A stretch of DNA of 63,043 bases, the filler included. It is 5 parts of 5 records of this genome, joined end to end, with 100 filler letters (N's around TTAATTAATTAA, not from the genome) between each part and the next. Parts side by side here need not be neighbours in the genome. Positions count along the whole stretch, not along the records: positions 35,308 to 53,111 come from DRR378314_2480; positions 53,212 to 63,043 come from DRR378314_2481; 3 more parts are not named here. One strand, written 5' to 3'. The notes under the pieces were generated by a model. That model ran no database searches. It was not told where the DNA came from and saw only the letters and a program-made list of their open reading frames with translations. The position numbers and the translations under genes are program-made. This document shows, piece by piece, positions 43,032 through 55,159 of this stretch; position 1 is the first letter of the stretch; each line of letters opens with the position of its first letter.

Positions 43032-46000
43032 TCACGAGTCCACGCGAGCTCGCTTCGCGGTGCGATCCCTGGATGAATTTACTTCGCCGACAGCAGCAAC
43101 CACTGCAGCCGCAGCTGCGGCGGCCACCGCCGCGGTATCCGTTTCAGATGGCGGCAAGCCATTGGGTGCAGGCGCCGCGGCAGAGGCATCTGCAAGTGCC
43201 GGCGCGTGCTCCCCGTTTTCTACTGCCGTGCCGCTTCCATTGCCGTGGTTGTCAGCTGCGTGAGAGACCAGGAATTCCGCGCACATACATACCAGCGGCA
43301 ATCAGAATGAAAAAGGGCAAAGGGGGCGCCGCTTATTCTGCCAGTTGATGCACGCCGAACGGGTAAGCGCAACGCGCATACAGCGGTGCTTGCGCGAGTG
43401 CTCGGCTGAGCTCGCTCCCTGCGGGCACCGGGCGCCGAAGGAAAAGGGAGCACAGACTCCCCGTCCTCGTGAAACGTACCTTCTGTTGGCATATCCGTAC
43501 AAAGACTTTCGACACGTTCCCACACATTCCCCGAGGAGCGATAGATGTCGATACTGTACGGGCTGTTGCCTTTGGCTTTCGATGCAACAGCGATTTGCGT
43601 CGAGGAGGTAAAGCAGGCGGTCAAGAACACGCTGCCGGCCCGCTCCGTCGCCAGCGCGGCCACCTTCGACAGAGAGAACTTGTCTGCACCGCAGCGGACG
43701 AGTGCGCCCGAAAATGTGCGATGCACGGTATTTCGCAGTACAACCGAACATGATAAGATTAAAGATCATTTTCACGTACAATCAGATGTACGAGCGTTAC
43801 AAGCGACGCGAGTGCATCGGGAGAAACCAAGAAACGGGAAGGAGATTCCCCGTTCCATGCGCGCCCCGCGCATTTCCAGCCGCGCGCCTCACTCCGCGTA
43901 CCTTCTTTGGCGCTGCACTGAAAAAGTACAATCTTTTCCGCCGTAACGGCAGCAATTTTATCTCCATCGGGATTTATACAGAGTGCAAGGACGCCGCCCG
44001 TGCTTGTTTCACTGCGACGAGCGTTGCGGCGGATATCCTCTGCCGACTCGGTAACCTGCAGTCGCAGCACCGAGCAAGCCAACGCAGCCCACGCAGATGC
44101 ACACGAAACCGCTGAGCGAGAGTGTCGCCGTCACAACGCACCCACTATCAACCGCCAATCACATACATGCAATAAAAATATAAATACTCGTTCCTTTCCA
44201 TTAGCGCATGATTACTTTACTTGCAGTGCGCGCTCACGCTATCGCTCGCGCACCAGACAAGCTGCAGCGGACGCTAAGTACGTACGCACGCAGCAGAGGT
44301 TCCTGCAACAGATGCAGCAGCGGAGAATGCGTATATTTCCCATGGGCTCTCGAGAGTATTCGCATACCGCATATTCGCTTAACAAATGATACGAAAGTAA
44401 TTGGAACAGCTGAATGCTCCGAAACGCACCTGAATGCACTGTAATTCACTCGCGGTCTTCCAGTCCCACAATCGCACAGTTCCGTCGAACGAAGAAGAAA
44501 CGGCCAAGTGCTCCCCCAGGGCGTCCGGAAGTACAACGTCCGATATTGTCGCAGTGTGACCCAGGCATATGGACAGAATATCGTAGCTATGAGTACGGCG
44601 CACAATGGCATTATGCCACAAGGCAAGCGACACAATATGTTAGCACAGCTACGGCGTCCGTCCTAGCGCGCAGCGCTGCGTCCTTGCGACAACGCCTCAG
44701 TGAACCCGGAGCCACGGATCGAAACGGCAGCCGACCACCGCAATTGTGGTACAAGGCGCAACGCATTCCACGGAAAGCGGCCATCATCGGAGGATAAGCG
44801 CGCATGGAAGAAAGCAGTCATTAGATGCTATGAAAAAGGGGAGGTTTCCTCTTCGATGAGCACAGCGCACGGTCGCTAGCACTAGCCCTCGGAGGAGCAA
44901 CTCGGGTATCCGCTGCACTTGCGCATCATGGTTTCGCTTCGGCGCTGCTAAAACCAGAGCGAAGCCCGCAACCGCACGACCCAAACAACCGACTTAGGTA
45001 CGTACCCGCGCGATGATCCAGTTATGCGCAACTTTCCAACCGAGTCGGCGGACGCAACAACCTTGGAAGTGTCCGACACAGCCAACGCTGTTATCGGCGA
45101 GTAATGGCCGAGAAACGCCTCCTCGGAGCCCGCGAGGCTGGGCAGCGCAAACGAGTACACGTCCCTGCACACAACGCCGCCAGTCGCCCATGCATCTATG
45201 CGTTAGCAAGAGCTGTGCCAAATATGTTGTTTTTTTCTTCACACGAGCTAGCCGCGAAGAGGCAGGGAACGAGAGAATGCGTATCGGCAAAGGAACCAGG
45301 GCGTTGGCGCGCCAACAGAGCTCCGGCACGCAGTCGCTCAACCTACTCACCCAAGCTTATCCGAGACAAACACCGCCGAGCCAGCACTCGAGAATCGCAC
45401 GGCGGACGGGCGTTTGGGCAGAGACCTGCATACGAGTGAACAAATTTGGATCGCGCGTGCAAAGTCAGCAAGATAGAAGAATACATAAGCAAAATGGATT
45501 TTGCCTGAAGAATCACCGTTGCGGCCGGATTGTCGGGGAGGATTCTCCGCGGCCACGTAGCACCGTGCGAGACTGGAGCTACCGCGCACGCGAGAGCACA
45601 ACGCTACGCAGGGACGCACCGCGCGGCGACGACGCGCCCTTGCGCACGCGAAATCAGCAGGAGCATCTTCCCGTTGTTGCCGATGGCAATGTAGTTACTT
45701 GAGACCGCCATGCAAAGAACCGCTCGATCCTGGTATCAAAAAGGAGACAATGTGTGTGTTTGCAGCAGGCACCACCGATGCGCCGTGGTGCAACGTGGTG
45801 GCAAAAAGGGGGGAAAGAAGGCTGTGCAGTGAGCAATCGACTCGCAAGGTTGCTTGCCCGAGCCCAAACGCTGCGCGTGCGCCGCTACGAGCGCACGCGC
45901 GCGGAGAACAGTAAAATACGTTGCAAAGCAAGGCAGCCTGCGCCTGTCGCTCCGCTCAAACCAGCCGCCCGATCTGTACCCATTGTATAGATAGCAAAAT

Positions 46001-46805
46001 CTCCGAAACATGTCGCATCATGCGCTGCGGAAAACGACAAGAGCTCCCACAAGGAAGCCACCAGTAACCGCGCCGGCCGTCCCCTTGCGGCGCTAGCAAG
46101 CCAAGGGCAGCGCACAAGGTAGCTTGGAGTCCGCTTGGAGCGCGCAGAGCAACTCCCACAGCCCGCCAGCCGCGTGCCAACGTACAAAGCTTACAGTCGG
46201 TCCTGCAGGCGCTCCGCCCCCGATGATTACATCCATTCGTGGGACCATGTCGATTTCGCGGAACGCCCCAGTTCTGGAGAACGCGCAGGAGGGTGAGCGC
46301 GCGCATGGAGCACAGCGACAAAGTAGGAGACTGAGCGCTGCGACACGGTCGACACGCGCGAGCAAGGCCCGGGGGCCGAGCACGATTGCGGCACTGCCGC
46401 ACGCGCCACGTGCGGTTCGAGGCGCGCAAAAGTGCACTCGCTCGCACTCGCACGGGCCCACGACGTACGCAACTTCACACGTACCCTGCGTCGAACTCGT
46501 ACAATGAAGTTCCAGCCGCCAGTATCGCGACATCCTCGCCGCCAAAGCAGAGGGAGCACGCCATCTTTATAGCGCGTACGGCCACCAGGCCAGTTCTGCA
46601 ACTCGTCCTTGATTGGCTGCTCCTCCTCCTCGTGGCGCACAGCGGCAATGCAGATCGGTGGTTCGCGTGGTAGGCGCGAGAGGACCTTCCTCTGGTAGCA
46701 GGCGTGTACCCCTAGCGCACTGTCAAGGCCGTCGTCCCAAGCCGTACATGCTGGCGCGCGCACCTGCGCACTTGGAGCAGCTCTTTCTTTCCCCGGCGCG
46801 GCCAT
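43032..46805 (-). CDS. WDR4: WD40 protein WDR4/Trm82 (non-catalytic subunit of the tRNA m7G46 methyltransferase), multi-exon; ends approximate
   Basis: The spliced sequence LPKRPSAVRF...VFVSDKLGDVYSF...FLGHYSPITALAVS...ADSVGKLRIT...YDILSICLGHTATIS...SSSFDGTVRLWDW follows the WDR4 pattern (ADKSGDVY, LGH, IESFCLGH, SGDGTLRLW). Confidence 0.78.
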
Positions 46806-47084
46806 TTCCTGCTTCTCTATCAGATTTATCACAAAAAACCATGACTATGATGAATGCTCGCAACTGCAAAGGTCTTGCATATTGTGGGTAGGTTGCTGCC
46901 GGGGTAGCGCGTAGAACGGCGCTCTGAGCCCCAGGGCTCGCCTGTAAGAGGGCGGCAACGGGTGCTGCCTGGACAGAATCGTGCCAGCCACCTGTCACAT
47001 GTCCCGAGAGAGGAGAGCGATTGGTCGAAACTGTCATTCAGTTACCATTGTGATAGAGGCAATTCAGAAAGATCGCGAAGAAGG

Positions 47085-50000
47085 ATGCGTCAACGCGGCG
47101 GCCCTTGGTTCGACTCTGTGCAGGCTGCAGAGGACGCAGTTCACGCGCTGCTGCGCCGAGAACGGCTTCCAGTAAACCCCTACCCAACAATTGTCCGAGA
47201 CGTTGTCCAGGCCCACGCGCGGTACGGAAAACTCGAGGCGTTTAGTTCTAACCCCTACTCCAAGCAATAAAGCATATTGAAACAAAACAAATAGAAGGCA
47301 GAGGGAAGCAGAATGCTGGTTTCTTTCTGCAAAGGAGGTTGCGCTTCTCGCAGAGTACGAGGAAACGCGCATGGTCGCACGGCAGAGTCTGGCGGGAAGC
47401 ACGTTTCCGCGCGGAGCAGCAGCACCATGGACCTGCGCTGGGTCGCCAGCAGATACACGGAGCTTATTGCAGCATTCCTGCACCTGTCTGCAAACATTCT
47501 CGTTACCGACGCCGTTTTCCCGAGTCTTAGTCGTATCCCTTGTTTTTTCAAAGGTATGGCACCGCTGAGTAGAGGAAGTGCTGTCTCCAATGCTGCCTTT
47601 CTGCCCTCCAGGTGGAGCACCGCCACAAGCGAGGAGCTCTCAGGCGTACTCCGCCAATCTGTGCGGCCACAACAGGGCCTCGACGTTCGTCTCCTTGCAC
47701 GGGTACCCACGAGCAACTCTTCACAGCACTCCGCACTTGCTTCCAACAATGAGCGAAATGATCAGGCACAAAGCGAAAGTGAACAGGATATCCGGAGCAA
47801 CGCGCCTCTTCTCGCCGCAGGATACGCGCTTTCAAGCTGTGCGAGCTGCGTCGATCCGGAGTCTGCAGCTGCGCTGTTCGACGAGGCGGACGCCTTGGTC
47901 GTTAATACCACAAAGTCTCTTTCTTACGCACAGGTACGTACTGTCTGCACAGCGAAATGACTTCAAAAATACGGGTGAGAAAAGGCGAGGGGAATGGAGG
48001 ACCGAGAATCCCTCAATACACTGCGCCCTTGGCACTTGGGAACGAAGTGCGCACTGATGCAAGTGCGTCATTGGCTTCCTTGTTGCCCCGCGCGCCAATA
48101 GGGCTGTCGTTTTGTTACAATAGACACACCCCCTCTATGCCCACAGATCACCATCATTTGGTACGCACATGCACTCAGCACAGCATGCGTACAGAGGCTG
48201 ATGGCAAGGTACGCGGCAGATGCAGTTTGCCGCGAAGAATGGTAGCAGCCTGCGGCAGGGCAAGGAATGTGACCGGCAAAGGCGACACGTTGTTTCCATC
48301 GCTATCGGGCTGCGCGCATTCGTCACCGTGCAGATAAGAATATCCACGGGGATCGCGGCGGAGTCGTGCCTTGCTCAAAAACTAAGAATGCTCCATACGC
48401 CAATCAAACTGTATCAGCTCATTTCCGGAAACGCAAACAAAATGGAGAAGACTGTTCTTGCGGTAAGCAAGCTGATACAGGCAAATTTGAGTCGCGCGAC
48501 AAGTGCGACCCCGGATCAGAATGGCCGCGAAGCTCTCCGCGTTGAATACGCAGCGTGGCGGCGCTTTCGCTCGCCTGGCTCTTCATCGCCGACCACCAAC
48601 GCGACACAGGATAAACACCATGACACTACATTTGATGTTTCTGACATACACAAACGACCAGAGAGCTTTCAATCCGCTCTACGGGCCGCGCTGGATGAAC
48701 AAAGGTGCTTAGTGTTGGCGTTTGTTCGCCGAAACGATGTGGCTTCAGGGGCGCGTCACAGCGCCAAACAGCGGCGCTTCGAGCTCGTTGTCTCTTTTCA
48801 GCTCAGTAGCCACAAGGATCCAGGTCAACTTAGATTAGCGTTCCATCTTGCCAGTCCGTTGATATTTGCACTTGCTGTATTTCAAGACTCGGAAAGTGCA
48901 AACGAGGCGCTACGTGCGATTCAGCAGGAGGGCAAAGGCAGTATTGACGATCGCTCTCTTGCCGACCACGCGGCGCGCAACACCTTTGTCGCGAACCCAT
49001 TCTGGATAGGAGAATCGTGGCTGCTCGCAACTCTTCTCATGCTTTGCGCTCTGGGAAAACCCGAAATGGCGATAAGTATTGCAAAACAGAGGAATATGCA
49101 CGCGATCGTCCAGTGCGCAGCAGTTCGTGCCGAACTAGAATCGCTGCTGGCATCCAGCTCGCGGAAAGTGGATGTCCTTGCGTGGAAGCACGCAAGCTCG
49201 AATATGAGTGCACATGCACGCGCGCTTGTACGAGGCAGCACAAACATTCCAACAGCTTCAAACGTTTGCTATAGAATAATGTCAGTGTTTGAAAGTAGTG
49301 GGCCTTCCGCCATGTCTTGGAGGGTACTTTCCGTTCTCCGCTGCATCGCGATGCTTGGCGAGCAGCGCGCCGTTCACGCGCTGTTAGCGTACCGGACCGC
49401 CGGAGCTGAGCTCGCCTCGCTGCTGCAAGCAACGCCACTTTCAGCCGTTTTTCAGCAAGGCGAAACGACGCACTCTACAATGCCGGGAAGTTCACTTAGA
49501 AGTGACTGGTTTCTTGATTTTGGTGAGAACAGCACTGATACAGCGAAGCGACAGCCTGGACACGCCGCGCAAGTCGTGGAGCTCAAGGCAGACGCGGAAG
49601 GCGGTACGCATGCTCGCCAGTGTGCTGCGTCAGCGTGGGCTATGGACACAGGGCTAGTTGCGGCGCTTGCTGAGATTCATCATTTCGAAAGAGTTTTCCA
49701 GGGCTCTACTCTCGACATTCGCAAGGTTGTGCATATCTTATACAAAGCTGAGTGGATCCATGCATGTGGAGTAGCCCGAAGCGCGGGCGCTTCATCTAGG
49801 AACGCAGCGGAGTTGCCGCAGTCTCCCGACGGTTTGCCCGCCGAGCAAGCCTCAGCCAGCCGACTTTGGCTCCTGACGGCGCAAAACACGAAAGGGGTTG
49901 GATTTTACCCCGCCATCTTTGCTGTGTCTCTTTGTGAAAAAAGTATGACATTTCTGTACCAACTGCAGAATTGCAGCACGGTTCGGAAGAAGGATGCGCG

Positions 50001-51132
50001 ATGCCTTCGTTTGCGCTCGTGCGTTGTTCGTGAAGTGCACGCTGTCGCCCATGTCGAAAGCCTTGCGCAATTCGCAAGTGTTCAAGCAGTTCCTACGGTT
50101 TTTCATGTTCTATCACCGCTTGATAGTGGCAAAGAAGCTTCATCGAAACCGAGGAAAACGGATGGTCTATCCACCATTCAGCGCGCTGCGGCGTCGGAGG
50201 TGTTGACACGCATAGCACAGCAACCCATCCCATCCTGGGCTGGGGATGGAGTCCCACTTGCGGTCTGGCATGCAGATGGGGCAAAGTGCATTCTGCTGGA
50301 GACGCTCGCGGACATCGATAGTGCAGTACTTTCGCTACATCGTGAAGATCCTCCTGTCACAGTGTACATTGAGTATGTATACACAGAGAAGCATACCCAG
50401 TGTTTGTGTTGGGGATTCGTTCGCCACACAGTGATGTGGGAGCCCACCATCGGAGTCGCCGCCTTCCCCGAAAGCAGCAAGCATGGAGAAGTTGCTGTCG
50501 CGGCGTCCACGGCGATCTTCCGGACTGTAGAGTCAGCACAGCTCATTGCGACGGTCTGTCGTGTAGATAGTCACATGCTCCGACACCATATTGTGGACCG
50601 GGCTGTACACAGTGCTCGGAGAAGCGTGGCTGGAGGACAACTGCTTGCGGCGCTGCGCTGGGGAGCAATCGCGCGGATGGGGGAACGATCAATCATGGAT
50701 GCCTCCTTGGAAACTGTTGCACACGAGCCGTGGAAAGCGAGGCATATCTATCCAATTCGCACAGCTTCCCTCCTTCAATCATCTGTTGAGATTTTAGAAG
50801 GAATCTATGCAACTCTTGGGGTTCGCGCGTCCGCGGCCGCGCGCTCGCGTCCTTCCACTGAGACTTTGCTGCTTTCGTGGGGACACGCCCGTGAGCTGCT
50901 CGGGCGTGCGGCCACGACGTCCACACTTTTAGCCTGCGATGTGACGCTGCACACGTTGCTGCAGAGAAGTGTATCCGATTGTGGACTCGCTCTCAAGTCA
51001 GAGGATCTATTTCTTGTCGAACAAGCGTCTCGTGCGGGAGAAGCAGCTCGGAATCTGTTGAGCATCGTGCGAGTGTGGCAGATGCTCCAAGAAAGTATCT
51101 TTGCATCCTCTGTGCTGCGCGCAGACGTCTAA
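47085..51132 (+). CDS. Large hypothetical eukaryotic protein: exons at about 47085-47221 and 47542-47933, then a ~2.7-kb terminal exon within ORF 48220-51132
   Basis: A 970-codon open frame with globular-protein-like composition. Upstream segments end at GTACG donors. Joining them into one gene is inferred; no family was recognised. Confidence 0.6.
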
Positions 51133-52158
51133 GCGAGCAAGCGGCAAAAGCTGCCCGTTCCATTCACTCCATTCCCCGCTCATGTCTTTGTGATGGGATA
51201 AGCTCCGTTCTATTCTGATGGAACAAAATGGTTTAGGTCGTGTTCAGACCTGTTTCGTCTCCACATATGCAAATTTGTGGACCGCACGCACATTTTCCAT
51301 TCCGTGCAGTTTTGTGTGCTCTGGTGTCTGGGATGATTGACCTGCTCAGGGAAAGCAACAGTCGTAGATGTTCACATGCCGATCATACACGGAATGTAAT
51401 ACATGACTCGAAATCACCCTCCAGGCATTGTTGGGTAGTTTCAATATACAGTACGTTGATGAAGTAAAGAAACTCTCCTCTTCAGCTGAGGCGGCGATGA
51501 TAGAGCTATGTGTCCTTCACAGAACCGGAAAGAACGAAAGATCGGCTCCGCTTGCCTGGATCGAAGGGGGGCCGCTACTGGCTTATTTCTCTGCTTCTGC
51601 AATGTACAGCTCCATGCTGGTTTCTTTCACTCTTGGATAGGTATGCACATACAATATGGATGATAAAATGAACGTATATGCAAATGTTGGGCTGGTGCAG
51701 TGAGTACCAGAGCAAATGTTTTATACAGGAAAAATCGCACAGGGAACGCAGGCAGTGACTGGAGCGCAACACTCCTTCGGAAAAATTGCAACTTGTGCTA
51801 CACTCTCACCCACGCCCATCCCCGGCAGACCTTTTATACTGCACGTGAAACATTACTTGAAAAGGAAGAAAAATGTAATAGCGCAGCCAGATATTTCAAA
51901 TTCAATACGCTGGTGGATTGCGAATGGAAGGAACAGTGCCAATGTTCCGCTACGCATTTGCTAGAGCTGTCGCACTGGGTCCTTATCTGCTCGCATGTGC
52001 GCCCCTCTGAGAGCGTACAGGAGTACGTTTCCCAGCGTGCAGAGGGAAACGCAATGGAAACACGCCTGTATTTTGTACATTAAAACAACAGGGTAGTCGT
52101 GTAATAAGATACTCTGCGCATGTATACGCTGCAGCTGCACAGTACTGTGAACTATGAA

Positions 52159-53040
52159 TCACACACCACGGGTGTCGGGGAAACCGCGTGGAGATAGGTC
52201 GCTTGCCTCTTCGACCTCATCGTCCTCACCGTCGGTCTCGTAGAACTCGACATTCCCTCTGGCGGTGACGGGGAGTCCGGAAGTGGTAGATGCAGAGACA
52301 TCCACGCTGTCATTGACATCCGCATCCCGCGGCGGGATTTCCTCGCTCGGTAGTTCTTGTCGTGACGCGTCGCAATCTACCGTTGGCAGCAGCGGCTCGG
52401 TCTCCGCGCGGTGCGCGTTCATACGAAACAGGAGGAGGGCAGCCACTAGCGGGGACAGGAGCACTGCGACCACCGCGCTTATTGCTGCAATGGTGTCTGC
52501 AGATTGCGGTGGAAGATCCTCTCCAGATTGCAGTGTCAGATGCGCCGACCCAGTGTCGACGAGGACGCGATCGACGCGCTGCCGTGGCTGCCCGACTTCC
52601 AGCGAGGCAAAGTAGTGGATGCCGTCAAAGTCCAGCGGAGCGGTACTCTGTGGTATGGGAAGCTCGAGCGTCTTCAAAGACGCGTCATCGTCCGCAAACA
52701 GCTGATGTAGCGGTAGTGTGTCAAGTGGAATGGAGGGATTTACGCCTGCCTGTGCGTATGAACGCAGTAAAGGAGCGTCTTCGTTTCGGAGCTGCCCACT
52801 GAAATTGTTATCGAGCTGTACCTCGCCCGAAGAAGCAGGGAGGATGCGCGTACCGGCTGGGCGGTAGTTCTCGGCGTGCGGCGCAAGTACCAGTCGTGGC
52901 CTGTGCGCTTGCCGCAAATCATGAACAACAACATATTGTTTGAAAAAGGGAATTCCGAGTACAATTCCAGACGCTGAGTCCGCAGTATGAATACATGGGA
53001 CTCCGTTGATGATGAAAGCTGACGAAGGAATGCGGAGCTC
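52159..53040 (-). CDS. Terminal exon of a pepsin-like (A1) aspartic peptidase-related protein with a C-terminal TM helix; 5' part lies beyond the contig
   Basis: TTGCAG acceptor at 53046-53041, then IVLGIPFFKQYVVVHD, YFASLEVGQPRQRVDRVLVDTGS, a hydrophobic stretch AISAVVAVLLSPLVAALLLF and an acidic tail. Confidence 0.7.
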   Translation of the reverse strand, partial: ELRIPSSAFIINGVPCIHTADSASGIVLGIPFFKQYVVVHDLRQAHRPRLVLAPHAENYRPAGTRILPASSGEVQLDNNFSGQLRNEDAPLLRSYAQAGVNPSIPLDTLPLHQLFADDDASLKTLELPIPQSTAPLDFDGIHYFASLEVGQPRQRVDRVLVDTGSAHLTLQSGEDLPPQSADTIAAISAVVAVLLSPLVAALLLFRMNAHRAETEPLLPTVDCDASRQELPSEEIPPRDADVNDSVDVSASTTSGLPVTARGNVEFYETDGEDDEVEEASDLSPRGFPDTRGV

Positions 53041-53111
53041 CTGCAAGCGCAGAGAGTGCAAACGCGAAACGCGCCCCATTTCGCACCCGTCAGGTTTTGC
53101 ATGCGAGTATT

Positions 53112-53211
53112 NNNNNNNNNNNNNNNNNNNNNNNNNNNNNNNNNNNNNNNNNNNNTTAATTAATTAANNNNNNNNNNNNNNNNNNNNNNNNNNNNNNNNN
53201 NNNNNNNNNNN
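53112..53211. other. Artificial contig spacer
   Basis: 44 N + TTAATTAATTAA + 44 N. Confidence 0.99.
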
Positions 53212-53663
53212 TGGTGGTTGCGATTGATGATCGCGATCGCGCTGTTGATATGGTGAAGCATGTTAAGCATTACTATCCCAACGTTTGGGTATTAGCGCGT
53301 GCCTTTGACCGTGGCCATGGATATCAGCTTCGCGAAGCAGGGGCTGACGATATAACCAGAGAGGTTTATCACTCTGCGCTAGAGCTTGGCGGCCATACGT
53401 TGACGGCTATGGGCGTACACCCTATGCGTGCTAAGCAGATGATCGACTCGTTTGAGCAACACGAAAGTGCCCATGAAGATGAGCTGTTTGAAGCCTGGAA
53501 AGAGATTGAGGAGGGGATTAGCTTTAGCCCGCGTTACGGCGAACTGTTTATGAAACTGGAAGAAGCGCTGAGTAGGTCAATGCGCTACGGTTGGGATGAG
53601 TCAAATCAAGCTGAAGAACCCGTATGGACGCCGCCTGAACAGGCATCCGAAGAAAACCGCTAA
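53212..53663 (+). CDS. C-terminus of a KefB/KefC-family (CPA2) potassium efflux antiporter, 5'-truncated
   Basis: VVAIDDRDRAVDMVKHVKHYYPNVWVLARAFDRGHGYQLREAGAD..REVYHSALELG is typical of the end of the KTN/TrkA-N domain. Confidence 0.85.
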
Positions 53664-54229
53664 AACGGTAGGTGCAGGGAAGCGCTTAACATATTGAGGT
53701 GGCTGAGGGTCGGGGCATCGATGCGTTCGTACTCTACGCGGCTCACTAAGCGATTGATGGTCATGGTGGCGCCAAAGCCTTGCAGGAAGGCGGTGCCGCC
53801 GTCGTCGGCCAGTGGCTGATCGGTTTCGCCACGCCACTCGGTGAGGCCAGACTTAGCGTAAACGCTGAAGGCGCCCATTCGCACGCCTGCGACGATCGCT
53901 CCGCCTAAGCTGAGAGTATCCATGATGAGGGGGTCAGCACTGGAGGTGATGGGAACTTCTTCACTTTCGCGGTAGGCAATTTCAGCACCAATATCCAGCT
54001 GCGGTAATTGCCATGGGCTAAAACCTGCCGAAAAGCGGAAACCTGTTGTGTAGCTATCGAGGCTGCTTAAGTCACTGCCTTCTAGAACAACACCGTTGCG
54101 CAGGGCCATAAACTCGCTGTTCGGAGCTGCATAGGCGAGGTCGGTCTCTCCGCTGCTGGCTAAACAGCCCATCAATGGCAGCATGGAGCCAGCAAAACTA
54201 CAAAACAGGGTGCTTGCCAAGCGTTTCAT
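53660..54229 (-). CDS. Small outer-membrane beta-barrel (OmpA-like transmembrane domain) protein
   Basis: Signal-like N-terminus, amphipathic strands (DIGAEIAY, FSVYAKSG, GFGA, SRVEYER) and a terminal Phe; GAGG RBS. Confidence 0.7.
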   Translation of the reverse strand: MKRLASTLFCSFAGSMLPLMGCLASSGETDLAYAAPNSEFMALRNGVVLEGSDLSSLDSYTTGFRFSAGFSPWQLPQLDIGAEIAYRESEEVPITSSADPLIMDTLSLGGAIVAGVRMGAFSVYAKSGLTEWRGETDQPLADDGGTAFLQGFGATMTINRLVSRVEYERIDAPTLSHLNMLSASLHLPF

Positions 54230-54273
54230 TGGCGTTCCTCGTGTCCCTGGCTAAGGAAGTTATCTTAATCAGC

Positions 54274-55098
54274 CTAGCAACGGGCGCTGATTTCTACCAC
54301 ATTAATTGCGTTATTTGATAAGTTTTCTAGCAGATTTTTACCCATTTGCAAAAAGCGCTCGCCAAATACCCATTGGGGTGAGAGCACAGCGATGGTGTTT
54401 GTTTGCTCTTTTTGGCGCTGCCGCTGACGCCACTCAAGCGCAGTGCTGCTCCAATTTTCACTGTGCTGAAGCTGAAAGCCATTTGCCGCCAGCAAGTCCG
54501 TCAGTTCTGTCATCGAAAGCAAGTGTGAATGCTCTGGCGATGCTGCCCAGGGAACCGGGTAGCGCAATTCGGCAAAATTTTTACCACTAACGACTTCATG
54601 CATGACAAGCTTGCCGCCTGGGCGGAGCACTCGTCGGCTTTCGGCAATAACGCGGGCGGGGTCGGGCATGTTCATCAGGCTGTGCTGAAATAGCACTGCA
54701 TCAAACGTGTTTTCTGGAAAGGGTAATGCGCCGGCATCTCCGGTAACCCAGCTAAGTGACGAATTTGCCGGAGAAGCCGACAAGTTAGTCAGTGCCTGAT
54801 TAAGTACGTTAAAGCGGTGGGTGATATCTAAACCGGTAAGTTGAAAACCAAGCGCTGCCCCTTGGCGCATTAATCCGCCTAAGCCTGAGCCTATATCAAG
54901 CACCTTTGTATGTTGTGAAGGATCAAGTAGGTTAAGCAGCTTTTTAGAGGTGGCAATACCACCGATATGTAGCTGGTCTAGCGGGGCAAGTTGGTGAAGC
55001 GTTGGGCCATCGGAGTAGTGGGTACGGATTTGGTTAAGGATAGCGTCATCGCGCAACCCTTGGTGGTAGTGCTCGGCTAGCCGCTGTTGAGTGGACAT
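54274..55098 (-). CDS. Class I SAM-dependent methyltransferase
   Basis: Motifs LAPLDQLHIGG, VLDIGSGLGG, TGLDIT, GDAGALPFPENTFD and RVLRPGGKL. Confidence 0.9.
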   Translation of the reverse strand: MSTQQRLAEHYHQGLRDDAILNQIRTHYSDGPTLHQLAPLDQLHIGGIATSKKLLNLLDPSQHTKVLDIGSGLGGLMRQGAALGFQLTGLDITHRFNVLNQALTNLSASPANSSLSWVTGDAGALPFPENTFDAVLFQHSLMNMPDPARVIAESRRVLRPGGKLVMHEVVSGKNFAELRYPVPWAASPEHSHLLSMTELTDLLAANGFQLQHSENWSSTALEWRQRQRQKEQTNTIAVLSPQWVFGERFLQMGKNLLENLSNNAINVVEISARC

Positions 55099-55118
55099 GT
55101 TGGTGTCTCAATGTCATA

Positions 55119-55149
55119 CAAAAATCAACGCCGACCATGGGCCGGCGTT
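55119..55149 (-). terminator. Probable intrinsic terminator after the acyl-CoA synthetase
   Basis: On the minus strand the hairpin AACGCCG-GCCCATGGT-CGGCGTT is followed by GATTTTT, about 10 nt after the stop codon. Confidence 0.6.
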
Positions 55150-55159
55150 AATTAAAGGG

